From: Camelus dromedarius
Taxonomy: Eukaryota
Direction of reading: 5' to 3'
DNA: 64,000 nt
NCBI RefSeq assembly: GCF_036321535.1
Contig: NC_087436.1
Coordinates: 71,488,001 to 71,552,000, forward strand
Part shown: positions 41,831 through 53,232 of the stretch, one piece after another
How the letters are laid out: each line of letters starts with the position of its first letter
Numbering within the stretch: the stretch's first letter is position 1
Made by a program: the position numbers and the translations under genes
Notes under the pieces: model-generated
The model's input: only the letters and a program-made list of their open reading frames with translations
Told to the model about the DNA's origin: nothing
Databases searched by the model: none

Positions 41831-42669
41831 TGATTTTATTATACAAGCAATGGTGGTATTAAATTTGATGCTCTGTTTAATTTTAACTGATTTCAGAATC
41901 TATACAAAGAGCCATATTGCATCATACCTGGCCAACACAGACCCTCTAGTCAAGTCTCCCCTCAGTATGTGGAGTGTGGACTCCTTGTGGAAGTACTCAT
42001 GTTGGCAATGAATAAACATGAGTGTGTGGATTATCTTGAACAATTTCCTAAACATTCAGCAGAATGAATGTTTTCTACTCATCACTGCTCACCCAAGGTG
42101 GTCAAAACCAGAATCTATGATAAAGTGCCTGCAGAGAAAGGACACACAATGGAGGAGCTGCCACAAAAAGGAAAAGGGAGATGGTTTCCAAGTTCTGATT
42201 CCGCCACTTAACTATCTTTGCGTTTTTTTGAGCAAGTGTTTCAAATTAAATAGTTTCTCTATTTCTAAAAGGAAGGAACTGGAATAAATGATACCTAAAA
42301 TGAGTCTTCTCAAAAGCTGTAGCCTTCTACAAAAGCTGAGAGCCAAAAGGAAATCTTCACACAGTGACAGCATTTCCACAGGAGCCTGAATAACGGCCTG
42401 GCTAACAACACACAAACTAGCATCCTTACTCAGGTAACACAGAGACAAAGCTACATAACAACATTAACACGCAAATTAGGCTGCCCCTAAGAGAGATTCT
42501 GGCAAGAATTAGATCGTGATTAATTGTGGCTGAATTATCTAATTGCACCACATAAACTAATATTCAAAGTTGTCTATTGAAAATAACTCCGTGTGATTTA
42601 CATTGCAAGCAGGGATTCTCAGAGGCCCAGAGCGGCTCAGGACACTCCTACTTTTTGAGGTTCCTCATA

Positions 42670-42893
42670 CAGTTGACCTGGAACAAGGCAAGAGGGTGGG
42701 GGTGCTGTCCCTCCCAGCAGTCCAAAATCTGCCTGTAACTTACAGTTACACTGTGCAGTCCCACATCCACAGTTCCGCATCCCCGGATTAAACCAATTTC
42801 AGATTGTGTAGTACCACAGTATTCACTACTGAAAAAAATCCCCATATGGGGGGACCTGAGTAGTCCAAACCCATGTTGTTCAAGGGTCAGCTG
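42670..42893 (+). mobile_element. Tigger-derived MITE (MER8-like)
   Basis: Terminal inverted repeats cagttgacctggaacaa and ttgttcaagggtcagctg, with TA on both sides (42668-42669, 42894-42895). Confidence 0.9.
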
Positions 42894-43568
42894 TATTTAT
42901 TCCTTTTATTTCTCAGTGAAGAAACACCAAAACAAGGTTCAAAAACTGTGATATAGTTGAAGTCTTTATGACAGACAAAATAAGCATCTTTAACATAGAA
43001 AGACACTGCAATATAACTGTTTTATTCATAAGACAATTACAAGTTTCAAGAGAAAAGGTTAATATCACCTTAGACAATACTGTCTACTAAAAGGACTAAG
43101 GGTGAACTATCTGACACACACCTTCATTTATTTTCATTTAAATAATGTGCAACATTATTCAAAGATGATGGCAAAAGCCTAAAAGTGAGGTCCTTCTAGC
43201 GCACCTTGGCGAGGCCCCTGTTAACAGGCTATTGCATAAAGGTGCCCTCCCAGTGCTCCTGCAGGTAAAATCAACTAAATCTCAACCTACGATGCATGGC
43301 CATCACTAGGAGATGAACTTTTGGAGTGGAGTGAGCAGTCAAGTAATTGGCTGAAATCTACTGGAATGGATGATTTTTCTCCTAGAATATTTTAAGGGCT
43401 TTTACTACCAATCAGCTACCTCACCAAAAATGACCTCCACAGTGACTCCTGGGGAACTTCCAAATTTAGGTGGAACTTCATCTTTGAAGACAATTAATTA
43501 CAAAATGCCCTCTTAAATAGTTGAATAAATTGGTTTTACAGTAGGAGCATATTAGAATAGTCAGTCAC

Positions 43569-43726
43569 CTAACACATTTGTAAATGTCTATCATCTCTGT
43601 TTTTCTGTAGCTGATGATGAACTGCTCTTTCTGAGAACAAGTAGTTTATGACATTTGTTCTGAGTTGGAAAAAATTAAGCCTGGTTGCAAGTACAGAGAA
43701 CAACCCTGTGTCCTTGAAGCTTTTAG
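43569..43726 (-). other. Candidate exon, probably non-coding
   Basis: Acceptor cttttttttccag|CTAAAAG and donor TAG|gtgact. Confidence 0.2.
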
Positions 43727-44201
43727 CTGGAAAAAAAAGCACTTCATTTATGTAATAATTGTCCCCAAAGATGTCAACTCTGAAAGAAAAAAGGGGGGCT
43801 AATTTCATACTACTCAGTCTCATTTCAAAGTACTCAGAATTAAACCTGTACTTATTACAAGACATTTGTCTAGTCTCTCCAAAATACAGTTTTGAAGTAA
43901 TGCTAAAACTTAGAATCTTTCTTCTTTCCCAAGGGTAGATAAGAAAATTAGCTTCTAAGGCAAAACTCAATTAGAGAGAAAGTTACTCTTGGATAATCGT
44001 TTAAGAAAACTATAAAATCTGAGAATCCATGGCTTTATGTACAATTCTATACAATATTTTAAGCACATTAAAATTTGAGATAATGATGCTGAAACCAAGG
44101 AGAAACAAAAGAAAATTCTCAGTGCAGACGTGAGAACTTCAAACTGTTTCGCCTTTAAGGAGGAATAGGTGGAGGATTCTAAAAAAACCTTTCCTGCTTA
44201 C

Positions 44202-44250
44202 CTTCAGGGTTTATTTACTCCATTGTGTTTAATATTAAGACTGTCGAGTC
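44202..44250 (-). other. Candidate 49-nt exon with a stop in every frame
   Basis: Consensus donor AAG|gtaagc and a weaker acceptor tatgtattag|GAC. Reads DSTVLILNTME* or (G)LDSLNIKHNGVNKP*. Confidence 0.25.
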
Positions 44251-45111
44251 CTAATACATATTAACAGATTTAGTTGTGAAAATTCCATAAGAAATTCATT
44301 TGCTTTTCTTCTTTCTCTTGACAAGTAAGTTTAGAAGGCCCACCATCTGCTGGCACCTAACCCGTGACCTGGCACACTGTAGGTTCTTGGCAAACGCCAA
44401 TTGTTCCCTCTCTTTACAAGCTGACATTTCCTACTGTGGTGCTGCTGAACAGGTATCACTCTGATGCCCAGAGGGATGCTAGATTACGAGGCTGACAAGA
44501 GACTGGTGCTCTAAACCAGGAGGAGCACAAGCAAATGTGGGGCCCAGGCAGGTGGAATAACTGAGGTAAGTGGCCCAGGTGGGGACTGGCAGGAAGGCAA
44601 TAGGCCACACCTGCCTGAGAGGGGCAGGCACCGTGGACTGAGCTCCCACAGAAGGTTGTCTGTAAAAAGGGCAGCCCGGCACGGCACATCTACCTCCCCT
44701 CACCCCTCATCTCCACATCTAAGAGCAAAAAGAAATCTTGCTTTTTAACCTAAAATGTCCCTATTTTTATTTTAACCAAAAAGCAAACACAATGTCCCCT
44801 GTCTGACCTCTCACAATAATGGTGACCACTGAGATTTGACTCCAAGATCCAAGCACAGAGTTAAGACCTGGCTTTGACATGAACATGGGAGCTGGGAGGC
44901 AGTGAGAATGGTGGTGCCAGTTAAAGACTCAAAACCACAGACTGACAGCTAATGTGGCAAGAGAAAAAATGTGTTTCTTAGGTGGAGATTCCAATGGGGT
45001 TCATCAGTCTGCTTCTTGTGGGGGTATGTTACTAGCTTCTGAAAAGTTTCAAAGCCAAGAGACATCCGCTCAAATAAGAGTCCAACTGACAAGAAAAGCA
45101 TCTCCACCTAC

Positions 45112-45207
45112 CCTGGAGGATGAAATTGTAAGAGCTGCTGATCTCATGCTTCTGGGCGATGGCAAGCCAGTGGCAGAGACTGATGGAACGCTCTCTTTGT
45201 CTTCTGA
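45112..45207 (-). other. Candidate 96-nt exon
   Basis: aaattcttcag|TCAG...CAGG|gtaggt. Phase 0 is open: SEDKESVPSVSATGLPSPRSMRSAALTISSSR. Confidence 0.3.
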
Positions 45208-46222
45208 CTGAAGAATTTTATGGAAGCATGTTAGATATACAAAAAGAGACCCTTAACTGGGTAGGAATTTTTCAGTTCTCCCAAAACATCCAGCACCACA
45301 TCCACTTTTAAAACTGTAATGCTTGACAAAAGGCTTTTTCCTTTGCTACTGAAATATTCCTCTAGCCCCAAAGAACAAGCTTTGTTTCAGGTGTGCTACG
45401 TTTACAAGTTATTCTTCACAAGTATATGGTAAACTGTGCTTATGGGGAGAGAGGTGACTGAATACAGCCTACAGAAGTGCCTGCAGAAAAATCTAGAACA
45501 GCCTCCCCACTTTCCTCTTTTTATTTTTGTTAGCTTTTACTTGCTCTTCACTCCAGCTAGGCTCGTCTCAGCTTGCGAACTTTGCAGACTAGGAATGCTG
45601 TTGGAAAGCCTACCTTGGAACGTTTCCTTGAGTCAGGTGGGGTATGCAGAGCTTGGCCAGCTCTCATCAGAGCAAGAACTGCCCAGCGGACTCCAAGGAA
45701 TGCCTCTCAGCACGCTGCACTGGCATGTGCCCAGGACAAACACTATCCCGCCTGCTAACCTTTGAGGCGTAATCTTTTATTCTCCTCAGTGGAGCTTTTT
45801 TCACTGAAATTGTTCCTTGTGAGTTGTATGGAAGACTATATTTTGATTATGAAAATCATTTACAGTGAGCATGGATTTTTCTATCTCCATATCAGTTACT
45901 CGTAATCATTTAACTCTTTAAATAGAATTCTTTCTTCTACAAAAAATAGACTATCACACACCAGCTTTGGCAATATTAATTTACCTAACTCATAAAGACA
46001 TGGCACTAAGGAGTTTTTAAGAAATTAATCCAGTAATTTAAAGCTATTAGGTTTAAAACATAAAATCCTAAATTATTTGCCTTTTTTGCATTGATCAGAA
46101 AAATGGTGAAGTTATTCATAAGTTGCCCCCACATGTTTTGAAGGATAGCTTCTGATTAACATTCAAAAAATAAATACAGTTACATGAGCCTGTCATTATT
46201 AACTCCGTGTAAACCATCTAGA

Positions 46223-46430
46223 ACAGCGTTGTCCAATGACTTTCTGGGGTGACAGAAATGTTCTCTTTGTTCTGTCCAGTACGAAAGCCACTAGCCTCAG
46301 ATGGCTTTGAGTGATCAAATATGGCTAATATGACTGATTAATTGAACATTTAATTTTATTTAGTCTTAATTACTATGCATTTAAATCAAAGTAGTCCCAT
46401 GGAGCTGGTGGCCACTATATTGATGGTGCA
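46223..46430 (+). mobile_element. hAT-Charlie MITE (MER3-like)
   Basis: cagcgttgtccaat...gaaatgttct...agccactagcc...ttttaattt-rich centre...gtggccactatattg. Confidence 0.8.
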
Positions 46431-46439
46431 GGTTTAGAG

Positions 46440-46602
46440 ACAGTACTCAAAGTGTAGCCACCTGCAGGAAGCATCATCTTCACCTGGGAACATGCTACTA
46501 ATGCAACTTCCAGGTCCCACCTCAAGATTATGTGAATTTGAATCTGTATCTTAATAAAGTCTCCAGGCAATTTGTGTGTGCATTAATTTTTGAGAAGCAC
46601 TG
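46440..46602. mobile_element. hAT-Charlie MITE (MER5-like)
   Basis: ctcaaagtgt...gcatc...cacctgggaac...aatgca...caggtcccacc...tttgagaagcactg. Confidence 0.75.
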
Positions 46603-46659
46603 ATCTAGAAGAGTAGTTCTCAACATTGACTATACCTTTAAAGTTACCTGAAACACTTT

Positions 46660-47982
46660 CAGGGGGATAATGAGGTCGTAATACTTTCAAAATAAAAACA
46701 AAATCCATTGCCTTTTTCACTGTATTGGTATTTGCACTGATGGTACAAAAGCAATGTAGGATAAAACTGGGGGGTGGGGGGCCCTAATATGAATCCAGGT
46801 ACTGGAACCAAATTGTAGAAGTAGTTATTAATTTCTTCACTGTCAGACACTTGCAAGAAAAAAAAAGTTACATTTAAGAATGCTTTTGATGATGCATGAA
46901 AGCATACTGATTTTCTTTTCTTAAGTCTTAACCATTGAATACGCATCTTTTTAATATTCTGTGGGAAGAAATAAACAAGAATATGTATAAAGCATTGCGG
47001 CTGCAAATGGAAGTACAAAGACTGACTCAAGAAAAACGTCTGTGAGATTGCTTGAATTATAAGCTAAAGTAGTCTCTTTTCCAGGAAGCACCATTTTGCT
47101 TGAAGGAACCAATGACAGACACGCTACAGTTATTTATAACTGGGTGTCTGGCAAATATTTTATTCAAAATGAATGAAGTAAGTCTGTCACTTCAAGGTAA
47201 ATAATTAACTGTATATGCTTCCAATGATAATCTTTGAGATTTAAAGTGGAAATTAAGATTTTAGAAAATTAGTATCTACCACTAACATCTTCACATCTTC
47301 TTACTACTAAAAGACTTTTTTGTGTTGCTTGTGATATTAACAACTACATTTGAAAGCCTACATAACTCAGGGATCAATATTTTTTAAATGACCACTGTAT
47401 AAGTAAAAGATCCATTCAAGAATCAAGATAGGACAATGAATTTCAAAGTGAAAAGAGTACACCCTTACTGAAATGATTTCAGACTCCACATTGCACATAA
47501 CCTTTATGAAACTATCTCTTGTCAAGTTTTGATACAGCATCAAAGAATATCTATAATTATCTGAAAATTTATTAAAATGCTCCTCTTTTCCAACTACATA
47601 TTTGTATGAACCCAAATTTTCTTTATATTGTTCAACCAACTTATCAGAATGCAGATGCTGATATCAGTATCCACCTGTGTTCTATTAAGCTAGATATTAA
47701 AGAAATGGGCAGAAAAGAAACCCAATGCCACTCTTTCCACTAATTTTGTTTGTTCGTTTTGGAAACAATAACTACTTTTCATAAAATATTTATGATACTA
47801 TATAATGCATTTATTATTGTTACTTTGAAAGGAAAACATAAGTATTTTTTAATCTCTCAGTTTTAATTTCTGGTACGGTAAATATTAATAGGTATTACTT
47901 CCATGAACAAAAAGCTCTCTGGGGTTCTCAGCAATTTTTGACAGTGTAAGGTTCCTGAGACCAACAAGTTTGTGGGCTGCTG
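46660..47982 (+). mobile_element. Charlie1-like hAT transposon 3' part with transposase remnant
   Basis: About 47139-47198 translates TGCLANILFKMNEVSLSLQG (compare hAT-Charlie LxYLADIFxKLNxLxLxLQG). The 3' end reads aaagctctctggggttctc...cctgagaccaacaagtttg...gctg. Confidence 0.8.
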
Positions 47983-48129
47983 GCTTAGAGGATGCCTTCA
48001 TAAGACTGAAAAGGATCAAAGCTGAGAATCACCACTCCCACCACTGGAAACTTGAGAATTGGTTGCTTGCAAGGATTCACAATAAAGGAAAGCACTTGGC
48101 ATCTTCAAAAGAAAAAAATTGAGGAATTC

Positions 48130-48630
48130 CTATACACACGTGTTGACTCATTCAACCCACATTTTGGGCATCCACTATGACAACCTGTAGAAAAACTCTG
48201 TAAAAGCTTATAATATGCACACTTATTATAGCATTGTTATAGTATGACCTGGGAGCAATTTGAAGGTCCCTCAAGAGTGGAGTGGTTGATTAAACTACAA
48301 AGCATTATACTACAGAATAGTATGCAACAGTAAAAAGATTGGATCAATTGATGTTTCTAAAACAGGAATGTTGTCTGTCCATGATGTATTATTAAATGAG
48401 AATGCACGTTTCAAAGTAAGGTGTGAAGTTTAGCCCCTTTTAAAATGCAAAGGAACAGCTCTCTATGTATGCATAGCTTTATCTGTATTTGCCCTGGAGC
48501 AGCATAGAAAAGGATGCACACCAATCTGTTAACATTGGTTACCTCATCAGAGGGTGTGAGTGGGTATGACATAAATTGCATTAATTACTTTTCCTGTATA
48601 CTTATTACTTGTTTAATTTGTACAATTTTG
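48130..48630 (+). mobile_element. L1ME-like 3' remnant
   Basis: gactcattcaaccca...tagcattgttatagt...atactacagaatagtatgcaacagtaaaaa...gtccatgatgtattattaaatga. Confidence 0.65.
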
Positions 48631-48929
48631 AACTCCCTGTTTGTTCAGCTGTGTCTTCTTCACTCATTGGCCTTTTTATCACTCTGACCCTTCTGAGGAA
48701 AGGAAAAAAGAGTGTATGAAGAGAAGCAACAACCTTCTAATTGTAGCGTATGATTCAGAGCACGAACATGCTCATAAGAACGTTCAGTTTTCTCCTAAAT
48801 TCAATGACAGTTGGTTGCAGCATCAATATTCCAAAAACAATGAACAGATCTGTGCTGGTGACTAAGGTTTTTCTCACTTTGGAGCAGCCAGTTCCAGCTT
48901 CAAACAACTATAGGTATGTCTTTTACGCC

Positions 48930-49330
48930 CACCTCTTTCCACTCTCCCCTCTGCTGCCAACCTCTTCAGCCTCATTTCAGAACAGTAACTGCCTCCCCCT
49001 CCCCGGAACTCTGTCTTCCAACAACTAAATTCCTTCCGGCTCCTAACACACGTCCTGCCTGGTCTCAGTTCTGGATTTCATGTGTGTGTTCCCTATGGTG
49101 GAACTCTCCTCCCTTCACCTCACTACCCACTCCTCATTCAGGTCGCAGAACAGGAGGTCACCTCTCTAGAAAGCCCTCCGTGCTCCTCAAACAGCCTGCT
49201 CTGACTTTCTGCTGAGTATGCACCATACACTCTGTTATAATCTGTAGTTAGTTGCCCATCCACTCAACTTTAGCTCCCTGAGGGCAAGAACCACGTCTGT
49301 ATTGTTCTCTATTGTTAACCCAGCATCAAA
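48930..49330 (+). mobile_element. L2 3' remnant
   Basis: gttccctatggtggaactctcct...gtcacctctctagaaagccctcc...agctccctgagggcaagaaccacgtct. Confidence 0.7.
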
Positions 49331-49919
49331 CTGCAAGGCATGTTGTAGTAATAGTAACTTTTTTTTTTCAGTTTCTTTTGATTTTACTGTTCTTTTAAAA
49401 AATGAAAGCACCTCTTTTATTTACTAGTATGGATGTGTCTTGTTGCAAGCTCTGGGATAATATTTCATTATATACATGATCTCACTTAACCTGCTGATAA
49501 CCCTTAAGCCTACACTGCACTACCTCCTTGTAGACAGTATTTTTGGATACCATTGGTTGCTCTGATCTCTCTTCTTCCTCTAAAATATCCTGTGCTCTGA
49601 CTCCATCAAAACACAGTCTCTAACTGTGTTTAAGGGACCTTAACTTGACCTTAGCTATTACTTAACCTAGTTTATTTAGCTTCCTGGATCCATGGGATCC
49701 AGTTCCTCATGCTAACATAGTACATCTACAACAAATTCATATGAAATCATACCCTGATGGGACCTACATTTTTATGGGGTGCACAAGAAATGATTCCTTA
49801 AACCCAAACAGGGAAAATTTGAGCATCCCAGCTGGACTAGGCGGAAGATATTCTTAGAAAGGAAATTTTTAACACTTGTTTTGTAGGTAACATCTTTGGA
49901 GTACAACACCTCTGCCTAC

Positions 49920-50008
49920 CTGGAAGGAAAACCCTTGGTTTGGAGCACTTTTTCAGTGTTCAGCCTTGCTACAAGACTCGGCGTTACCACTGCATGTCTG
50001 CATATCTT
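49920..50008 (-). other. Candidate 89-nt exon
   Basis: ttttcctgtttgctatggctag|AAG...CCAG|gtaggc. One frame is open: KICRHAVVTPSLVARLNTEKVLQTKGFPS. Confidence 0.3.
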
Positions 50009-50633
50009 CTAGCCATAGCAAACAGGAAAACAACTGTATTCCTTATTTATGTATTTATTTCCAATGAGAAGTTTATCAAAAAAACAAACAGTGAAAAACT
50101 GTATCTGTAACTGTCCTGATCACACGTAATCTACAGAGACTTCTGGAGTCCGTTATAAAGTACGAAGTCACCCACACTGCAGTGAGACCATGGTCTGACT
50201 TCCCAGGTGCTGGGTACTGTGTTCTCTACTTTGACACTCAATCCCCCAGGACTAAGACCCCCCAAAAGTGACAAGAGACATATGGGCATATGTAAGAAAG
50301 TTTTATGTCATCAACTCTTAATTTGGCAGGCATAAGAGCCAAACTCTCTGGCTCGAGATGTCTGGCTTCCCTCCTGAGCAGTCAAGGCTAGTGAGCCAGC
50401 CTGTAGCTACGGAGTGGGGACAGAGAATTGCAAACATGTAGCCAAAAATTCTTCTCTTGACAGCTTAAAAGGAGAAGAACTTCAAAATACCAGTGGAAGA
50501 CTTGGGAGCTAAGGAGGTAGAATCAAAAGGGTGGATTAATGAAAGTGGGAAAGAAAGAGATGCTTCGCTTGAGAGGCTGGAATTAGCTAAGGTCCACTGA
50601 GTTCAGTGTAGGATGGACACACTCTCTGCTCCA

Positions 50634-50652
50634 CTGTGCCATCTAGTGGTGA
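50634..50652 (-). promoter_or_regulatory. Strong CTCF motif
   Basis: Minus strand reads tcaCCACTAGATGGCACag, matching the CCASYAGRKGGCRS core. Confidence 0.6.
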
Positions 50653-51774
50653 GAGATCCTTCTAGCGTGTTACCCAGGTGGTGCTCCACCCCGGACTTCT
50701 ACTTCATTTCACGACGACTTTCCTATTCATTACCTCTTCTACTTCTTAAGAGAAAGCAATGAGGTAGATAATTTCCTCCGTTTTACAGATAAATAAACTA
50801 AGACCCAGATAGACTAAATGGCTATAAAAAGAAAGAGCTGGCGCATATTCCGTATTCTATAAGGTATTATATAGTGTATTGAGAAATTTGGTGCGGTGAT
50901 CAATTCTCCCACCCACACAGCATAGATGAAGTGAAATACAGAAAAATCTTCCTGTGGTGACAGAAGACTGTACCCCCTCATATTCTTCTCATATAAAACA
51001 AACCTGCCAGAAAGTGTAAAAAGAATAACAAACAATAGCTACTAAAAAAATCATGCAAAAGAACAGAAAAAAACTGGAAAAAAGATGAATATATCACTTC
51101 AGTAACATTATGATGGCCTGAATAAAGGAAAATAAGAATTTAGGTGCTGGGAATAATCTTAGATAACTACTAACTCAACTTTTTCACTTTATAATTGAAG
51201 AAAGTGAAGATAAGAAATTCGAGTGACTTCTCCTGGTTCCAAGATGAGTTACTGTGACAATCAAAAGTCTATCTCCTCTTTTTTTCTTTGTTTAAGCTTT
51301 TTGACGACAGGAATTAATTATTTGTATTTAAACATTTCTGGAGGAGGGATGGAAGGTGAAAGAAACAAAGAAATGAGGCAGAACAGAACTAAAACTAATT
51401 TCTATCAATTTGTACTTAGAGTCACATTTTTATGAAAATAACACTGCCATAATCAGAGTGAACTGGAATACCTTTGGAAAAGATGGAATTTTAGTTTTAA
51501 ATGATATAAATCAGGCTGTGGCCAAGCTTCCTTCTTTTTAACTATTACACTTTGGAATGTGTATAACCATATTTATTACAATGTAATTACAATGGGGAAA
51601 ATCTGTAAACAATCCATTTGCCCAACAGTAAGAAATGAGTTACATCAATTATGATATATCTATTAAGTAAAATCTATATAATCACTTAAATTACACTCTG
51701 TAAGTATTTTTGGAGAAAGAGAAAACTGTTTACAATTCAACACTAATGAAAAAATGAATAAAAAATACATTACA

Positions 51775-53232
51775 TATTGACCACTTCCTCAAAAAACACA
51801 AACTACCACAACTCACCCAATATGAAATAGGTATTTTGAATATACTATCACTATTAAGAAACTTGAATTCATAATATAAAACTTTTCCCCAAAAACCCAT
51901 CTCATGTTTTCACTGTAGAATTCTACCAAACATTTAAAGAAATAACATCAATTGAAAACAAACAAACTCTTCCAGAATAGAAGGGAGCAGCACTTCCTAA
52001 TTCATTTTGTAAAGCTAGTATTTCCCTAAAACCCAAACTAGACAAAGACAGCAGAAGAAGAAAAAAGGAAAACTATTGACCAGTATCTCTCATCAATGTA
52101 GATGATCCCTACCAAATTGTTAGCAAAAAGAAGCAGTATATTAAAGGATCATACACCAAGTTCAAACAGAGTTTATTCCAGTGATGCAATCAATGTTGGT
52201 TCAGTAGTTGAAAATCAGACAAAGAAGAAAAATCACATATTAATCAGTTCAGAAGAACTATATGACAAAATTCAACACCTTTCACGATTTGAAAAGAAAA
52301 AAAAAGCTCTCAGGAAAATAAGAACAAGTAACTTCCTAAGCTTGATAAAAAAAAATTATGTACAAAAACCCTATAGCTAACATGATACTGAATGGTGAAA
52401 GACGGAATGCTTTATTGTTGAGATCAGGAAGAAGGCAAGATGCCTGCTCCCAGCACTCTCATTCAACATAGTGCTCAAAGTTCTAATCAGTGCAATAAAA
52501 CAAGAAAAAGAAATAAAAGCTATGCAGATTAGAAAGGAAGAAATAATGTAAAATAGTATGGTCACTCTGGAAAACAGTTTTGCAATTTATTTGAAAGAAA
52601 ATGAACTTGTAACTATCATATGACCGAGACATTGCACCCCTGGATATTTATCCCAGAGAAATGTAGACTTATGGCAACAAAAAACCTGTACACCAGTGTT
52701 TACAACAGCTCTATTTATAATAACCGAAAACTGTAAACAATTTAGACATCCTTCAACAAGTGATTGATTAAACAAATGGTTACATCCATACCCTGGAATA
52801 CTACTTAGCAGTAAAAAGGAATGAACTATTGATCCATGCAACAACCTGAATAAATCTCTAGAGGATTATTCTGAGTGAAAAAGTCAGCCTCAGAATGTTA
52901 CATACCGTATGATTCCATTTGTATAACATTCTTAAGATGATGAAATGATAGAAATGAGGAACATATTAGTGGTTGCTGGGGGTTAAGTAAAAAGTGGTGA
53001 GTGGGAGGTAAGTGACTGTGACTAGGAAAGGAAAATATGTGAACTATCTTGCAGAGATGAAAATGTTCTCTACCTTAACTTCAACATCAGTGTCATGGTT
53101 GTGATATTGTACAGATTTACAATATGCTACCATTGGGATAATCAACATAAAGTGTATGTGAGATCTCTCTGTAGTATTTCTCAAAACTGTAAGTGAATCT
53201 ATAATTATGTCAAAAGAAAAATGTTTAATTAA
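51775..53232 (+). mobile_element. Old L1 (L1MC/MD-like) with an internal deletion near 52546, nested in an L1ME remnant
   Basis: ORF2-like text (tatgacaaaattcaacacc; tcattcaacatagtgct; caataaaacaagaaaaagaaataaaag) jumps to tgtaaaatagtatggtcactctggaaaacagttt and then the 3' UTR. Confidence 0.85.
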
